Shown here piece after piece: positions 28,511 to 38,731 of a DNA stretch of 64,000 nucleotides. The notes beneath the pieces were generated by a model, which worked only from the letters and a program-made list of their open reading frames with translations, had not been told where the DNA came from and did not search any database. Position 1 is the stretch's first letter, and every line of letters begins with the position of its first letter. The position numbers and the translations under genes were made by a program. The DNA is from an uncultured Bacteroidales bacterium (lineage in GTDB: Bacteria > Bacteroidota > Bacteroidia > Bacteroidales > JAIOZK01). The stretch lies in assembly GCA_964550205.1 (NCBI GenBank), contig CAZJYD010000003.1, positions 2,361 to 66,360 of the forward strand, in the 5' to 3' direction.

Positions 28511-29455
28511 ATGAAAAGGTTAGCAGTAGTTGCGTTAGGTGGAAATGCATTATTAGAGGCCGGTCAGAAAGGCACCATAGATGAACAGGAAGAAAATGCC
28601 TATAAAACAGCTGAGAAACTATTGGTATTATTAAAAAAGGATTACAATCTGGTTATAACTCACGGGAACGGACCACAAGTTGGAAATATTATGCTTTCCA
28701 ATACTGCCGGGAAAAAGCTTTATAATATTCCGGAAATGCCTCTTGATATTTGTGTTGCTTATTCACAGGGCTTCATTGGTTATATAATAGAACAGCAACT
28801 TAGAAATGTTCTTAAGGCTAATGAAATGGACAGGGATATTATTTCGATTATTACACAGGTACTTGTAAATAAAGACGATCCGGCATTTAATAATCCAACC
28901 AAACCTGTTGGTCCCTATTATACAAAAGAAGAAATTGAGAAAAACGCAAAAACATCAAAAGGTACTTTTGCAAAAGATCCAAAGAGTAGGGGATACAGAA
29001 AGGTTGTGGCTTCGCCCAAACCCCTGGTAATATCAAATACTAAATCTATTGAAAAGATCGCACGTGAGGGACATATAGTAATAGCTGCAGGTGGCGGCGG
29101 CATACCTGCATTTTATGTAAAGGAGAATAAGCTTCAGGGGATTGATGCAGTAATTGATAAGGACCTTGCTTCGTCGTTACTTGCATTGAAAATAAATGCT
29201 GATAAGTTTTTCATGTTAACAGATATTCCAAAGGTGTGTTTAAATTTTAATACACCTAAAGAGAAAAAAATAGACAGAATGAACATTGCTGAGGCAAGAC
29301 AATACCTTGAAGAAGGACATTTTGCAGAAGGCAGTATGGCACCAAAAATAAGGGCAGCGATTAATTTTGTGGAAAGTAGCGGTAATGATACTATTATTAC
29401 AAAAACTACCTTGCTTGGCGTTGATAAGGGGGGAACCAGGATTGTGATGGTGTAG
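28511..29455 (+). CDS. arcC: carbamate kinase
   Basis: VVALGGNALL, ITHGNGPQVG and IAAGGGGIP motifs. ATG 28511 is preferred over the upstream TTG. Confidence 0.9.
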   Translation: MKRLAVVALGGNALLEAGQKGTIDEQEENAYKTAEKLLVLLKKDYNLVITHGNGPQVGNIMLSNTAGKKLYNIPEMPLDICVAYSQGFIGYIIEQQLRNVLKANEMDRDIISIITQVLVNKDDPAFNNPTKPVGPYYTKEEIEKNAKTSKGTFAKDPKSRGYRKVVASPKPLVISNTKSIEKIAREGHIVIAAGGGGIPAFYVKENKLQGIDAVIDKDLASSLLALKINADKFFMLTDIPKVCLNFNTPKEKKIDRMNIAEARQYLEEGHFAEGSMAPKIRAAINFVESSGNDTIITKTTLLGVDKGGTRIVMV

Positions 29456-29509
29456 AAATTAAAATTCCTGTTTCAAATTCCAAAATACAAATTAATAAAT
29501 ACCTTTATA

Positions 29510-29989
29510 TTACCATCTCTTCCTTCCACTTCTTATATCATTAAGTTTCTTAATAAGAATTTTCTTAAACTCTCTCTCAGCTTCAAAAAGCCTGACTATT
29601 TTCTTTGGTGGAAGGATGTTTTTCAGCCTGAGATAGTACTCTTTCTCAATATCCAAAAGTTTTTGGGCATGAATTATCCTGGCATCAATAAGTTCTTCAG
29701 CTTCTTCATCGGTGATGATTTCAAAGTTAGACATTAGTATATGGTGTTTTTCATGAAACCTTTTATTTTCTTCTCTTGTTTGCTTATTATATTCATTATA
29801 TACCGGCCAGAAGACCTGTGCTTCTTCAGGACTTAGATCAAGCTTTTGGGTTATGAAAGCGATTTTCTGACTTTCAATTTGTTTTCTTTTTCTTTCCAGG
29901 ATTGGAAAGTTTTCATCCTCAATCTGTGTGTATGCGAATATTGCTAAAAAAGCTAACAGTATGGTTAATATTCCTGTTTTATATTTCAT
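29510..29989 (-). CDS. periplasmic helical protein, Spy/CpxP-like (putative)
   Basis: Signal peptide, then charged helical repeats (LSPEEAQVFWPVYNEY...). Last gene of the ECF sigma module. Confidence 0.45.
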   Translation of the reverse strand: MKYKTGILTILLAFLAIFAYTQIEDENFPILERKRKQIESQKIAFITQKLDLSPEEAQVFWPVYNEYNKQTREENKRFHEKHHILMSNFEIITDEEAEELIDARIIHAQKLLDIEKEYYLRLKNILPPKKIVRLFEAEREFKKILIKKLNDIRSGRKRW

Positions 29990-30004
29990 TTTATTGAATT
30001 GATT

Positions 30005-30514
30005 TTAAAGTTCATACAAAATATCATTAGTTATATCATCCTCTAATAAATAATCAATAATGACATTTTCCTCCTTGTTAGTGGAATTTATTTCTTCATT
30101 GTTTTTTTCATATAATTCGTTAAATAAAACGAGGTCTTCTTTTGAACTGGCTTCATTAAGCAAAGCGCTAATAAGTTCTTCCTCAGAAAATTGGTTAATG
30201 AATTCAGGTTGCATAATATATGAATCTGTATAATAATTATCTGTGTAATTATTATTTAATGATTTATCCGAACTTGTATAAATTAAAACAGATCCTAATA
30301 CAAGTGCAATAATTATTATAGCTGCTGCTGCATAAATTACTTTTGTTCCTGGCAGGTACAGGTAATTTATTTTTTTATCTTTTTTATTTATTCTGTTAAT
30401 TATCTTATCAGGCAATTGATCAAAGTAACCTTCCGGAACACTGAAAGGATTCCTTTTAGAATATTCCGTGAAAGATTGTTTATTAAGCTTTTTATATTTT
30501 TTTTCTTTTGCCAT
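30005..30514 (-). CDS. hypothetical single-pass membrane protein (candidate anti-sigma factor)
   Basis: Lies immediately downstream of the ECF sigma gene, with one TM helix (VIYAAAAIIIIALVLGSVLIY). I recognise no family. Confidence 0.4.
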   Translation of the reverse strand: MAKEKKYKKLNKQSFTEYSKRNPFSVPEGYFDQLPDKIINRINKKDKKINYLYLPGTKVIYAAAAIIIIALVLGSVLIYTSSDKSLNNNYTDNYYTDSYIMQPEFINQFSEEELISALLNEASSKEDLVLFNELYEKNNEEINSTNKEENVIIDYLLEDDITNDILYEL

Positions 30515-30560
30515 TTATATTTCTGTTTTGTTTATTTTGATCTTTTAGTTTATCAAAGGT

Positions 30561-31109
30561 TTAATCTTCTTTAATATGTTTTTCGATTTTTTTAACAGCC
30601 AGATGATACGATGCTTTCAATGCTCCAACAGAAGTTTTCAGGATTCCTGATATTTCCTCATATTTTAATTCATCGAAATATTTCATATTAAATACTAATT
30701 TTTGTTTTTCGGGCAATTGCATAATTGCTCTTTGTAGTTTTTCCTGTATTTCATCACCATTGAAATAATTATCATCAGAAATTGAATCAATTAATGATTC
30801 GTTGAAATTATCCATCGAGAATATGGTTCTTCTTTTTTTTCTTTTTATGAATATGAGAGCTTCATTTGTGGCGATCCGATATATCCATGTAAATAATTTT
30901 GATTCTTTTCTGAATTGAAAGATGTTTTTCCAGATTTTAAGGAACACCTCCTGGGTAACATCATTGGCATCATCATGATTAATTACAATACGCCGAACAT
31001 GCCAGTAAACGGGCCTTTGATATTTTTGTATCAGTAGTTTAAAACCTCTTTCCTGACTTTCAATATTTTTAATTAATCTTAGTATTATTTCATCAGCAGG
31101 AAAAGTCAA
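30561..31109 (-). CDS. ECF-type RNA polymerase sigma factor
   Basis: Region 2 (DANDVTQEVFLKIWKN...FTWIYRIATNEA) and region 4 (QKLVFNMKYFDELKYEEISGILKTSVGALKASYHLAVKKI). Confidence 0.85.
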   Translation of the reverse strand: MTFPADEIILRLIKNIESQERGFKLLIQKYQRPVYWHVRRIVINHDDANDVTQEVFLKIWKNIFQFRKESKLFTWIYRIATNEALIFIKRKKRRTIFSMDNFNESLIDSISDDNYFNGDEIQEKLQRAIMQLPEKQKLVFNMKYFDELKYEEISGILKTSVGALKASYHLAVKKIEKHIKED

Positions 31110-31164
31110 CTTGACTGCTTTTTTTATTTGACTTCAGAAATTGGCAATAGTTTAAAACGTTATA

Positions 31165-31803
31165 CTAATATCGCATATCTATTATATCAACATCAGAATG
31201 TTTAGATTCATTAAAGTTGAACAGTGTATCGCTTATTTCAACATCAGGTTTAAACTGGTTAATTTGATATGCATATGTTGATCCGCTGTTATCGTATATA
31301 ATAAAATTGTGTATAAGTTTTTTGTTCTTATCTATGCTTATTTCGATTTTGGAATATGTTTTTCCCTCTTCAGGTTTTAGTTCGATAATTTCCAGTATGT
31401 TACCATTATCTTTTTCCTCACCGACAAATTTCGATTTGTATTTTTCGTTGTATTTATTAAGCAGGTTAGTAGGTGTTATGGATTCATCAGATTCCTCAAC
31501 AGAATTAATCATAACTTCCTGATCATCCAGAAGATAAGTCCATACTGTAGTTCCATCACATATTACTATCTGGTTTGCCAGGTTTAACCTGTATTTGTCA
31601 CCTTCAACGGTAATTGACCCATCCTTGCTTTCATCAATGCCTGCATCTTCATTTTTCATACTGTAAGTAAAATCCACCTTAAAGTTATTATAACTATTGG
31701 TGTTATTTATCACTGAATCAAGTATTTCTGTTGCTTTCTTATCTCTTTGAGAAAACGAATAAGTGCAAATCAATGTAAGTGTTATTAATAAAAGTTTTTT
31801 CAT
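31165..31803 (-). CDS. LolA-like outer-membrane lipoprotein carrier protein
   Basis: Signal peptide and an ATEILDSV...FKVDFTY...VWTY pattern. The conserved position directly downstream of ftsK is typical in Bacteroidota. Confidence 0.65.
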   Translation of the reverse strand: MKKLLLITLTLICTYSFSQRDKKATEILDSVINNTNSYNNFKVDFTYSMKNEDAGIDESKDGSITVEGDKYRLNLANQIVICDGTTVWTYLLDDQEVMINSVEESDESITPTNLLNKYNEKYKSKFVGEEKDNGNILEIIELKPEEGKTYSKIEISIDKNKKLIHNFIIYDNSGSTYAYQINQFKPDVEISDTLFNFNESKHSDVDIIDMRY

Positions 31804-31805
31804 AA

Positions 31806-34214
31806 TCAATAATCGTTTTTATCCAGGTCTTTAAGATATTGTTCTAATGCAAATTCGTTTGCTACTTTAACTTCGCGTGCTTTACTTCCTTCAAAGGGTC
31901 CTACTATGCCGGCTGCTTCCAATTGGTCAATGATTCTACCGGCCCGGTTATATCCAAGTTTTAGTTTTCTTTGTAATAAAGATGTGGATCCTTGTTGAGT
32001 TTGTACAATTAGCCTTGCTGCTTCTTCAAAGAGTTCATCCCTGTCATTGGCATCAATTTCACCGGCAGCTTCTCCTTCTTCATCCTCGTATTCAGGCAGA
32101 TGGAATGCATTGGGTAAAGCTCTTTGAGAACCGATATATTCGGTTATCCTGTCAACTTCTGATGTGTCAACATATGCACATTGGAGTCTTAGTAATTCTT
32201 TTCCAGTTGATAATAACATGTCACCACGACCGATAAGCTGATCGGCTCCTGATGAATCGAGAATAGTTCTTGAATCGACTTTTGAGATAACCCTGTATGC
32301 AATTCTGGCCGGGAAATTAGCTTTTATGGTACCTGTGATGATATTGACGGAGGGCCGCTGGGTAGCTATGATAAGGTGGATACCGATAGCTCTTGATAAC
32401 TGGGCAAGACGTGTGAGGGGATTTTCAATCTCTTTTCCCGCTGTCATAATTAGATCAGCGAACTCATCCACAACTAATATTATATAAGGCAGGTACCTGT
32501 GTCCTTCAACAGGATTTAATTTACGGGCGATAAATTTATCGTTATATTCTTTTACATTTCTTACCTGGGCATCTTTCAGAAGATCATAACGGTTGTCCAT
32601 TTCAATATTTAATGAATTCAGTGTTTTGACCACAGTCCTGGTTTCGGTGGCAATGGCTTCTTCTGTATCCGGCATTTTGGCCAGGAAATGCCTTTCGATC
32701 TTTGAAAATAGCGACAATTCAACTTTTTTTGGATCAACCAATACAAACTTAACCTGGGCGGGGTGTTTTTTATAAAGCAGTGATGTGATCATTGCATTTA
32801 ACCCAACCGATTTACCCTGGCCTGTTGCACCTGCTATTAAAATATGGGGCATCTTAGTAAGATCTACAACATAAGGTTCATTGGCAATTGTTTTACCTAT
32901 TCCTAAAGGTAATTCGTTTTTTACCGAATTAAATGTATTTGATACCAGTATCGATTTTAATGAAACTATCTCTGGATGTTGATTTGGTACTTCAATACCT
33001 ATTGTGCCTTTGCCGGGAATAGGTGCAATTATCCTGATCCCTAATGCGGCAAGACTCAATGCAATGTCGTCTTCAAGATTTTTGATCTTGGAAATACGAA
33101 TACCCGGGGCCGGAATAATTTCATAAAGAGTAACTGCCGGACCAATAGTTGCCCTGATCTTATTGATTCTGATTGAATAATGATCGAGTGTTTCTACAAT
33201 GCGGTTTTTGTTTGTGTCGAGTTCTTCCTTTTGTACCTTAATGGTTGATCCGTCATAATCATCCAGCAGATCAAGAGGCGGTATTTTATAATGAGGCAAG
33301 TCTAGTGTTGGATCATATTTCGTATTTATCGCTTTATGCCCGGTTTCCTGATCCGATGTGATGGTTTCTTCTTCCGGGGGTTTTTCAATAGTAAATTCAA
33401 TGTCTTTATCTTTAGTATCTATATTTGATCCAGTGTGTCCGGTGGTTTCTTCAGGATTATCCACATTGGGCTTTTCAAAATCTTCATCTTCTGTAACAGA
33501 AAATTCTACAGTATTGTATTTATCATTATCCTGTGGCTTTGTCTGGTATTGTTGTGTTTCGAATGATTCCTTTTCTTTGGTTTTTGCTTTCTGTATGCGT
33601 TTCTTGATAAAGTGAGGGAAATTGAAAGTAATGATAATAATAACCAAAAGAATAAAGAATAATATGAAGCCTGTTCCTATCTTTCCAAGAATAGCTTCAA
33701 GCCACTGCGATCCTTCGTATCCGAATACACCACCGAGTATTGCCAGATCGGTGTTTTTAAACATGAATCCAAAAGTCAGGGAAAGCCAAAGAATAAAGAT
33801 CACACTGTATTTAAAGGTTTTCCATAATGGCAATATAGTTAGGTTGAGTGCGAGTTTAAAACCCAAAACAAATAAAATCAATAAAATAAGAAATGATGAT
33901 ATACCGAAACAATTCTTGATTAGCAGATTAGAAAAAAAGGCGCCAAGGTAACCAGTCCAGTTATGGATTTCTACTTTACCACTCAGGTCAGGGAAAACGC
34001 TTTGCGAGATTTTATCATAATCAATCCACCATGTAAAAAAGTAGGAAATAAAAGCAAATAACAAAAAACAGGAAAAAAGAATAAGAAAAAAGCCCAGAAT
34101 TTTTCTTGTTTTTTCTGAATTTGACGACTTTTTCTTACTTTGAGAAAAAGCCCTGTTTTTCCTTTTCTTTTTTATATTTTTTCTGTCTTTATATGTATTT
34201 GCTTTCTTAGGCAT
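31806..34214 (-). CDS. ftsK: DNA translocase FtsK
   Basis: N-terminal TM helices, a low-complexity linker, Walker A GATGQGKS, Walker B LVVDEFADL and a C-terminal gamma winged-helix (LLQRKLKLGYNRAGRIIDQLE). Confidence 0.9.
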   Translation of the reverse strand: MPKKANTYKDRKNIKKKRKNRAFSQSKKKSSNSEKTRKILGFFLILFSCFLLFAFISYFFTWWIDYDKISQSVFPDLSGKVEIHNWTGYLGAFFSNLLIKNCFGISSFLILLILFVLGFKLALNLTILPLWKTFKYSVIFILWLSLTFGFMFKNTDLAILGGVFGYEGSQWLEAILGKIGTGFILFFILLVIIIITFNFPHFIKKRIQKAKTKEKESFETQQYQTKPQDNDKYNTVEFSVTEDEDFEKPNVDNPEETTGHTGSNIDTKDKDIEFTIEKPPEEETITSDQETGHKAINTKYDPTLDLPHYKIPPLDLLDDYDGSTIKVQKEELDTNKNRIVETLDHYSIRINKIRATIGPAVTLYEIIPAPGIRISKIKNLEDDIALSLAALGIRIIAPIPGKGTIGIEVPNQHPEIVSLKSILVSNTFNSVKNELPLGIGKTIANEPYVVDLTKMPHILIAGATGQGKSVGLNAMITSLLYKKHPAQVKFVLVDPKKVELSLFSKIERHFLAKMPDTEEAIATETRTVVKTLNSLNIEMDNRYDLLKDAQVRNVKEYNDKFIARKLNPVEGHRYLPYIILVVDEFADLIMTAGKEIENPLTRLAQLSRAIGIHLIIATQRPSVNIITGTIKANFPARIAYRVISKVDSRTILDSSGADQLIGRGDMLLSTGKELLRLQCAYVDTSEVDRITEYIGSQRALPNAFHLPEYEDEEGEAAGEIDANDRDELFEEAARLIVQTQQGSTSLLQRKLKLGYNRAGRIIDQLEAAGIVGPFEGSKAREVKVANEFALEQYLKDLDKNDY

Positions 34215-34270
34215 TTATTTGTTTTTACTGTATAACAAATTTATAAAAAACAAGTGATTCTGAAACAGTA

Positions 34271-34303
34271 AATAAAAATCCTCTGCCCTGAGACAGAGGA
34301 TTT
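34271..34303 (-). terminator. rho-independent terminator after the 34328-35008 gene
   Basis: On the minus strand, AAATCCTCTG-TCTCAGGG-CAGAGGATTT (10-bp stem) runs into TTTTTATTT. Confidence 0.6.
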
Positions 34304-34327
34304 AGCTGTTATTATTAATCTGATATT

Positions 34328-35008
34328 TTAACCTCCGAAGTTTTGCTGAAATTCTTCCTTTGTCGTTTCCTTGTAATCTTCCGGAATTTCAAATGTTTTG
34401 TCCTTAATGTTTTTCTTTTTAACACTTATTGCGCTGAATTTCATGCTCATATTATTTTTTTCCATTTCATATTCAAGCATCATGCCCTCTATATCTTTAA
34501 ACATGGCATTGCTTGTACTTATATTGTCGGTATTCAATTCATCTGTGTAATAGACAGTAAAATCAAAACTACTGCCGGTTTTTTTATCTTTCACATGGAC
34601 AATTGCTTTTTTACATTCATAACCTGCAATTATCTTGGTTTCTGTTGTATTATCCACCTCGGATTCATAGTTTTCCAATTCCTCATCATATTGATCAGCT
34701 CCTGTGTGAATTGCAAATTTTTGTCCCATCATGTCCAAAAGACTGACTGAGGTTTTGTCTTTTGAATTAAATATGGTAGCCTGCATGCCCATGCCGGTGC
34801 TGACTTCCGATTTGATCATATGATCTTTTATATAAACAGTTGCTACTTTTGGCAACATAGACATGGTTTGTGCATCAAAATCACTGTCAGGATAACTGAT
34901 CTTATATGTGATTATACCTTCAAAAGGTTTATTTCCACCTAAAGTTGTGGTTGAGAATGCAATTAACAAAGTGATAATTAATACTGATGTTTTTAAGATA
35001 CTTTTCAT
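34328..35008 (-). CDS. hypothetical secreted protein (DUF4412-like)
   Basis: Signal peptide plus FEGIITYKISYP... and GYECKKAIV patterns reminiscent of DUF4412. Weak family call. Confidence 0.5.
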   Translation of the reverse strand: MKSILKTSVLIITLLIAFSTTTLGGNKPFEGIITYKISYPDSDFDAQTMSMLPKVATVYIKDHMIKSEVSTGMGMQATIFNSKDKTSVSLLDMMGQKFAIHTGADQYDEELENYESEVDNTTETKIIAGYECKKAIVHVKDKKTGSSFDFTVYYTDELNTDNISTSNAMFKDIEGMMLEYEMEKNNMSMKFSAISVKKKNIKDKTFEIPEDYKETTKEEFQQNFGG

Positions 35009-35075
35009 GATTTATTTTTTTGTTTTATTATACAAAATTACGGGGTTTATAATTAATAATGCCCTAATATTTTTA

Positions 35076-36590
35076 TTAATTTATTAAACGAAACATTTTA
35101 TTAAATCTGATCTTACCACCGAACAGGGGCTCGTTAGGATCAAGAGATAACCATACAAATACAGCTTTGCCAACGATATGGTTTTCCGGAACAAAGCCCC
35201 ATACTCTTGAGTCGGCTGAATTGTGGCGATTGTCTCCCATCATCCAATAATAGTTCATTTGAACTATATATTTATCCTTTTCTTTTCCATTAATAAATAT
35301 CTTTCCGTTTTTTACTTTGAGATCATTTTCTTCGTATGCATTTATTATTCTATCATAGAGAAAAATATTTGTTTTATTTAGCTCAAGTGTGTCTCCTTCT
35401 TTAGGTATGTATAGAGGTCCGAAATTATCAAGATTCCAATGGTATGCAGAATCATGAGGGAATACACTTGGATCCCATTTTCCGTCTTCATGAATTATTC
35501 TCTCAACTGAATGAATATTTGTAAACCGTTTTATTTTTTCAACCGCATCATCAGTAAGAGTAATAACATATTCACCGGGCCTTCCTGTCATCATTTTTTC
35601 TGTGATTCTCATTCTTTCAAGGACTCTTGGATTAATTCTCGTTCCGTCTGTTTTAACTATGTAATGAAATTGCTTTTTACCCGGATTAATGTTTTTTACT
35701 CCGTTTATATATACAATTTGATCGATGATCTCTAATGTGTCACCGGGCAGACCTATGCATCTTTTAATATAATTTTCCCGTTTATCAACAGGTCTGGCAA
35801 CAATTTCCCCGAAATTCCTTTCGTCATTTAAGACTCTTTTTCTGCCGTATTCCCTTACCAGACTGTAATAACTGATATTGCTCTGAAATTTTAAGGAAAC
35901 CGTATCTCCGGCCGGATAATTAAATACTACCGCATCATTATGTTCGATCTGTCCAAATCCGGGAAATCTGTAATAAGGTAATTTGATCCATTCTACATAT
36001 GACTTTGTATCTTTAGTAAAAGGTAGAGTGTGATGAACGAAAGGAAAAGACAAAGGAGTGTTGGGGACTTTTGGCCCATAACTGATTTTGCTGACAAAAA
36101 GATAATCACCCACAAGAAGTGACTTTTCCATAGAGGAGGTTGGTATGGTGTATGCTTCTATTAAAAATGTCCTGATTATTGTAGCAGCTATAACAGCAAA
36201 TATAATTGCGTCTACCCATTCTCTGACAATATTTTTCTTCCTCTTTGGACGTTTTGAAGGATGGAGATATTTTTCTTTTGATGATAATCCCAGGTAAGGT
36301 AAATAGAAAAATGGAAAGATTACTGCTAATGCCTGCTGACCTAATCCGAATTTATTGAAGCATTTCAACATTTCAACAATCATTAACATAAATACAAATA
36401 CATTAATGAAAGGGATTATCAGAAAAATATACCACCAAAGTGGCTTATTTATTAGCTTAAGCCAAATATATAAGTTGTAAAAGGGAATTAATGTTTTCCA
36501 TCCTGGTTCTCCTGCTTTCATAAAAACCTGCCATGCAAATACACTGGGTATGGTAAAGCTTACTGGTAATAAAATAAATAAGAGTAGCAT
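35076..36590 (-). CDS. lepB: signal peptidase I with N-terminal DUF5684-like membrane module
   Basis: SSMEKSLLVGDYLFVSK (Ser box), KRCIGLPGD and GDNRHNSADSR motifs. The N-terminal WQVFMKAGEPGWKTLIPFYN segment resembles DUF5684. Confidence 0.9.
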   Translation of the reverse strand: MLLLFILLPVSFTIPSVFAWQVFMKAGEPGWKTLIPFYNLYIWLKLINKPLWWYIFLIIPFINVFVFMLMIVEMLKCFNKFGLGQQALAVIFPFFYLPYLGLSSKEKYLHPSKRPKRKKNIVREWVDAIIFAVIAATIIRTFLIEAYTIPTSSMEKSLLVGDYLFVSKISYGPKVPNTPLSFPFVHHTLPFTKDTKSYVEWIKLPYYRFPGFGQIEHNDAVVFNYPAGDTVSLKFQSNISYYSLVREYGRKRVLNDERNFGEIVARPVDKRENYIKRCIGLPGDTLEIIDQIVYINGVKNINPGKKQFHYIVKTDGTRINPRVLERMRITEKMMTGRPGEYVITLTDDAVEKIKRFTNIHSVERIIHEDGKWDPSVFPHDSAYHWNLDNFGPLYIPKEGDTLELNKTNIFLYDRIINAYEENDLKVKNGKIFINGKEKDKYIVQMNYYWMMGDNRHNSADSRVWGFVPENHIVGKAVFVWLSLDPNEPLFGGKIRFNKMFRLIN

Positions 36591-36661
36591 ATTAAAAAAT
36601 TTACTTTAGATTAACGGTGAAATTGTAAAAGTATGACATATTATTGTTAAAAAAATTTGAA

Positions 36662-37954
36662 TTAAGGATTTGATCTGATTATTTTAAAATCTAAAGATGT
36701 GTATCCATCAGAAATTCGTATCAAGTAAATTCCATTGGATTTATTAAAATATTTACCAAATAGATTATGAAGATTTATTGAGTGAGTTTCTTTGATAACT
36801 AAATTGTTAACTGAAGATAGTTTCCTGCCTTGGATATCGAAGAGTTGAATTAATATTTGGCGGGGGATATCCGTTTTAATAGAACACATCAACTGGTCAT
36901 AAAAGGGATTTGGATAAATTTTAGCAGTCATATTATTATTGACAGGCTTAGGTTCTTTAATGTTTACTTCACCACCTCCGTTTTTCGTATGAAGAATTAA
37001 CCCATTTTGTCCTACTATCCATCCTTTATTGTCATCAATAAAAAATATATCGTAAAGGTTATTTATTCCTAATGAATCCAGCAGCCAGGTAGTATCACCG
37101 TCTAAAGCATAATGCAATCTTCCTGATGCAGAGCATGCCCATCCGATTGAATCGTTTTTAAAATATAAAGAATAAAAATAGTCGTAATAATCAAACTGAT
37201 GTAATTTCCATGTTTCTCCACCGTCTTTTGTCGAAAATAACCTTCCAATGCTTCCACCTGTCCATCCATTCATCTCATCTATGAAATAAACACAGTTTAA
37301 TGATGAGTATTCTGGTAAACCGTTTTTGATTACCCAGGTTTTTGCAGTGTCAGTAGTTTTTAATACAGTTGAATCATCACCGACTATCCATCCTGTACCT
37401 TCGTTGATGAAAAATAAGCCTTTGAGCAAGACATTAAATGTGTCAGAAAGCAGCCATTCCTCACCGCTGTTTTCGGTTTTGAAAATACAACCTTTGCTTC
37501 CTATTGCAATACCGGTTAACGAATCAATAAAATATATCTTTTGCAGGCGGTATTCATCCGTTTCAAATTTTGTTGTCCATTGTGTCCCGCTATCGTTTTT
37601 ATTTAAAATTGAGGATATGGTGATTATTGTTTCCCCTAATGAATTCATGGAATCTTTTTCAATGATCATCCATTGGTTATGGTCACTTAATATAAGTAAG
37701 TCTTTTATGTTTTGGTTTTCTGAAGTCAGGCTGTCGGTTATCTTCCATTGCTGCCCGCCGTTTGTTGTGTGCAGTATTGATTTGCTGCCTGCAATCCAGC
37801 CATTCAGGGTATCAGTAAAAGCAATAACGTGCAGGTTTTCTGTAACACCTGACGTTTGTGCAGTCCAGCTCGTATCAGGAAAAGATGTTTGTGCCAGAGA
37901 AGAGCTATTAAGGCTAATCAAAATTATGCAAAGAAGTAAAAATAGATTTTTCAT
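36662..37954 (-). CDS. BNR/Asp-box repeat (Ycf48-like beta-propeller) protein with T9SS C-terminal sorting domain
   Basis: Repeated Asp-box-like motifs (TTNGGQQW, NDSGTQW, TENSGEEW, STKDGGETW, ALDGDTTW). C-terminal KIYPNPF...GIYLIRISDG...FKIIR is a T9SS CTD. Confidence 0.7.
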   Translation of the reverse strand: MKNLFLLLCIILISLNSSSLAQTSFPDTSWTAQTSGVTENLHVIAFTDTLNGWIAGSKSILHTTNGGQQWKITDSLTSENQNIKDLLILSDHNQWMIIEKDSMNSLGETIITISSILNKNDSGTQWTTKFETDEYRLQKIYFIDSLTGIAIGSKGCIFKTENSGEEWLLSDTFNVLLKGLFFINEGTGWIVGDDSTVLKTTDTAKTWVIKNGLPEYSSLNCVYFIDEMNGWTGGSIGRLFSTKDGGETWKLHQFDYYDYFYSLYFKNDSIGWACSASGRLHYALDGDTTWLLDSLGINNLYDIFFIDDNKGWIVGQNGLILHTKNGGGEVNIKEPKPVNNNMTAKIYPNPFYDQLMCSIKTDIPRQILIQLFDIQGRKLSSVNNLVIKETHSINLHNLFGKYFNKSNGIYLIRISDGYTSLDFKIIRSNP

Positions 37955-38047
37955 ATATATATTTATTACTGATATCTGACGGCAAAAGTAACAAATGTAT
38001 TGAATATCTTATCATGCATATAGCATTGTTATTTTAAGATTGTGTAC

Positions 38048-38731
38048 CTAAAATTTGTAAACCAGACTTATACCGGGGGTGAAGCTTGGTTGAAAATAAT
38101 GTTCCCTTGGTATTGATTTAAACCGTAAGGATAAATCCTCACTGATGTCGTAATCAAAAAGGTGGGCATCAACTGCTGCATCAAGAATGGTTAATATATA
38201 CCATACCCCTGTGAGAATATATGTTAATTCAAGATTTCGTCGGTAATAGTCCCTTCCGCTTATTAATTGATCTTTATTGTATTTATAAATGTATTTGTTG
38301 TCGATCGGAAAAGATGTATCACCTTTGGTAACATAATCATATGCATCGCGGTACTCTATATATTCTGTGCGGTTAAAAATGATGAAATATGTAAAAACAG
38401 CAAATCCGGCATAGACTATTGGTATTTTCCAGTACTTTTTATTGTATACCTGACCTAATCCGGGTAATACCATTGCATATAAAGTTGCTTTATGAGGCGA
38501 ATGTTTTTTGAATATTACTGTATCATTTGCCGTTTCAGTTTTCTTCTGTGCGTTAGCTTTTGAATGGAAGCCTGCCAGATTTATTAGCAAGCAAATAATA
38601 AATACAAATAATGATATGCTGGATACGGTATTATTTCTCAAGAATTTTGAATTACCGGATATTTTATTTATCCGCAAATCTTCTTGACTATTTTTCTTTG
38701 ATAATGTTGATGATCCGTTCAAACTCTTCAT
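38048..38731 (-). CDS. DUF5683-family protein
   Basis: ATLYAMVLPGLGQVYNKKYWKIPIVYAGF motif and the conserved position downstream of parB. Overlaps the parB end by 44 nt if the first ATG is used. Confidence 0.7.
   Translation of the reverse strand: MKSLNGSSTLSKKNSQEDLRINKISGNSKFLRNNTVSSISLFVFIICLLINLAGFHSKANAQKKTETANDTVIFKKHSPHKATLYAMVLPGLGQVYNKKYWKIPIVYAGFAVFTYFIIFNRTEYIEYRDAYDYVTKGDTSFPIDNKYIYKYNKDQLISGRDYYRRNLELTYILTGVWYILTILDAAVDAHLFDYDISEDLSLRFKSIPREHYFQPSFTPGISLVYKF

Noticed and set aside
28511-29455. Carbamate kinase without adjacent arcA/arcB/arcD, divergent from a DASS transporter
   Set aside because: Stand-alone carbamate-kinase-like genes are common. I see no sequence evidence linking it functionally to the transporter beyond a shared promoter region.
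37326-37979. 217-aa + strand ORF
   Set aside because: It is entirely antisense to the BNR-repeat T9SS protein gene. Its Ser/Phe/Val-rich composition is typical of antisense frames in AT-rich genomes.
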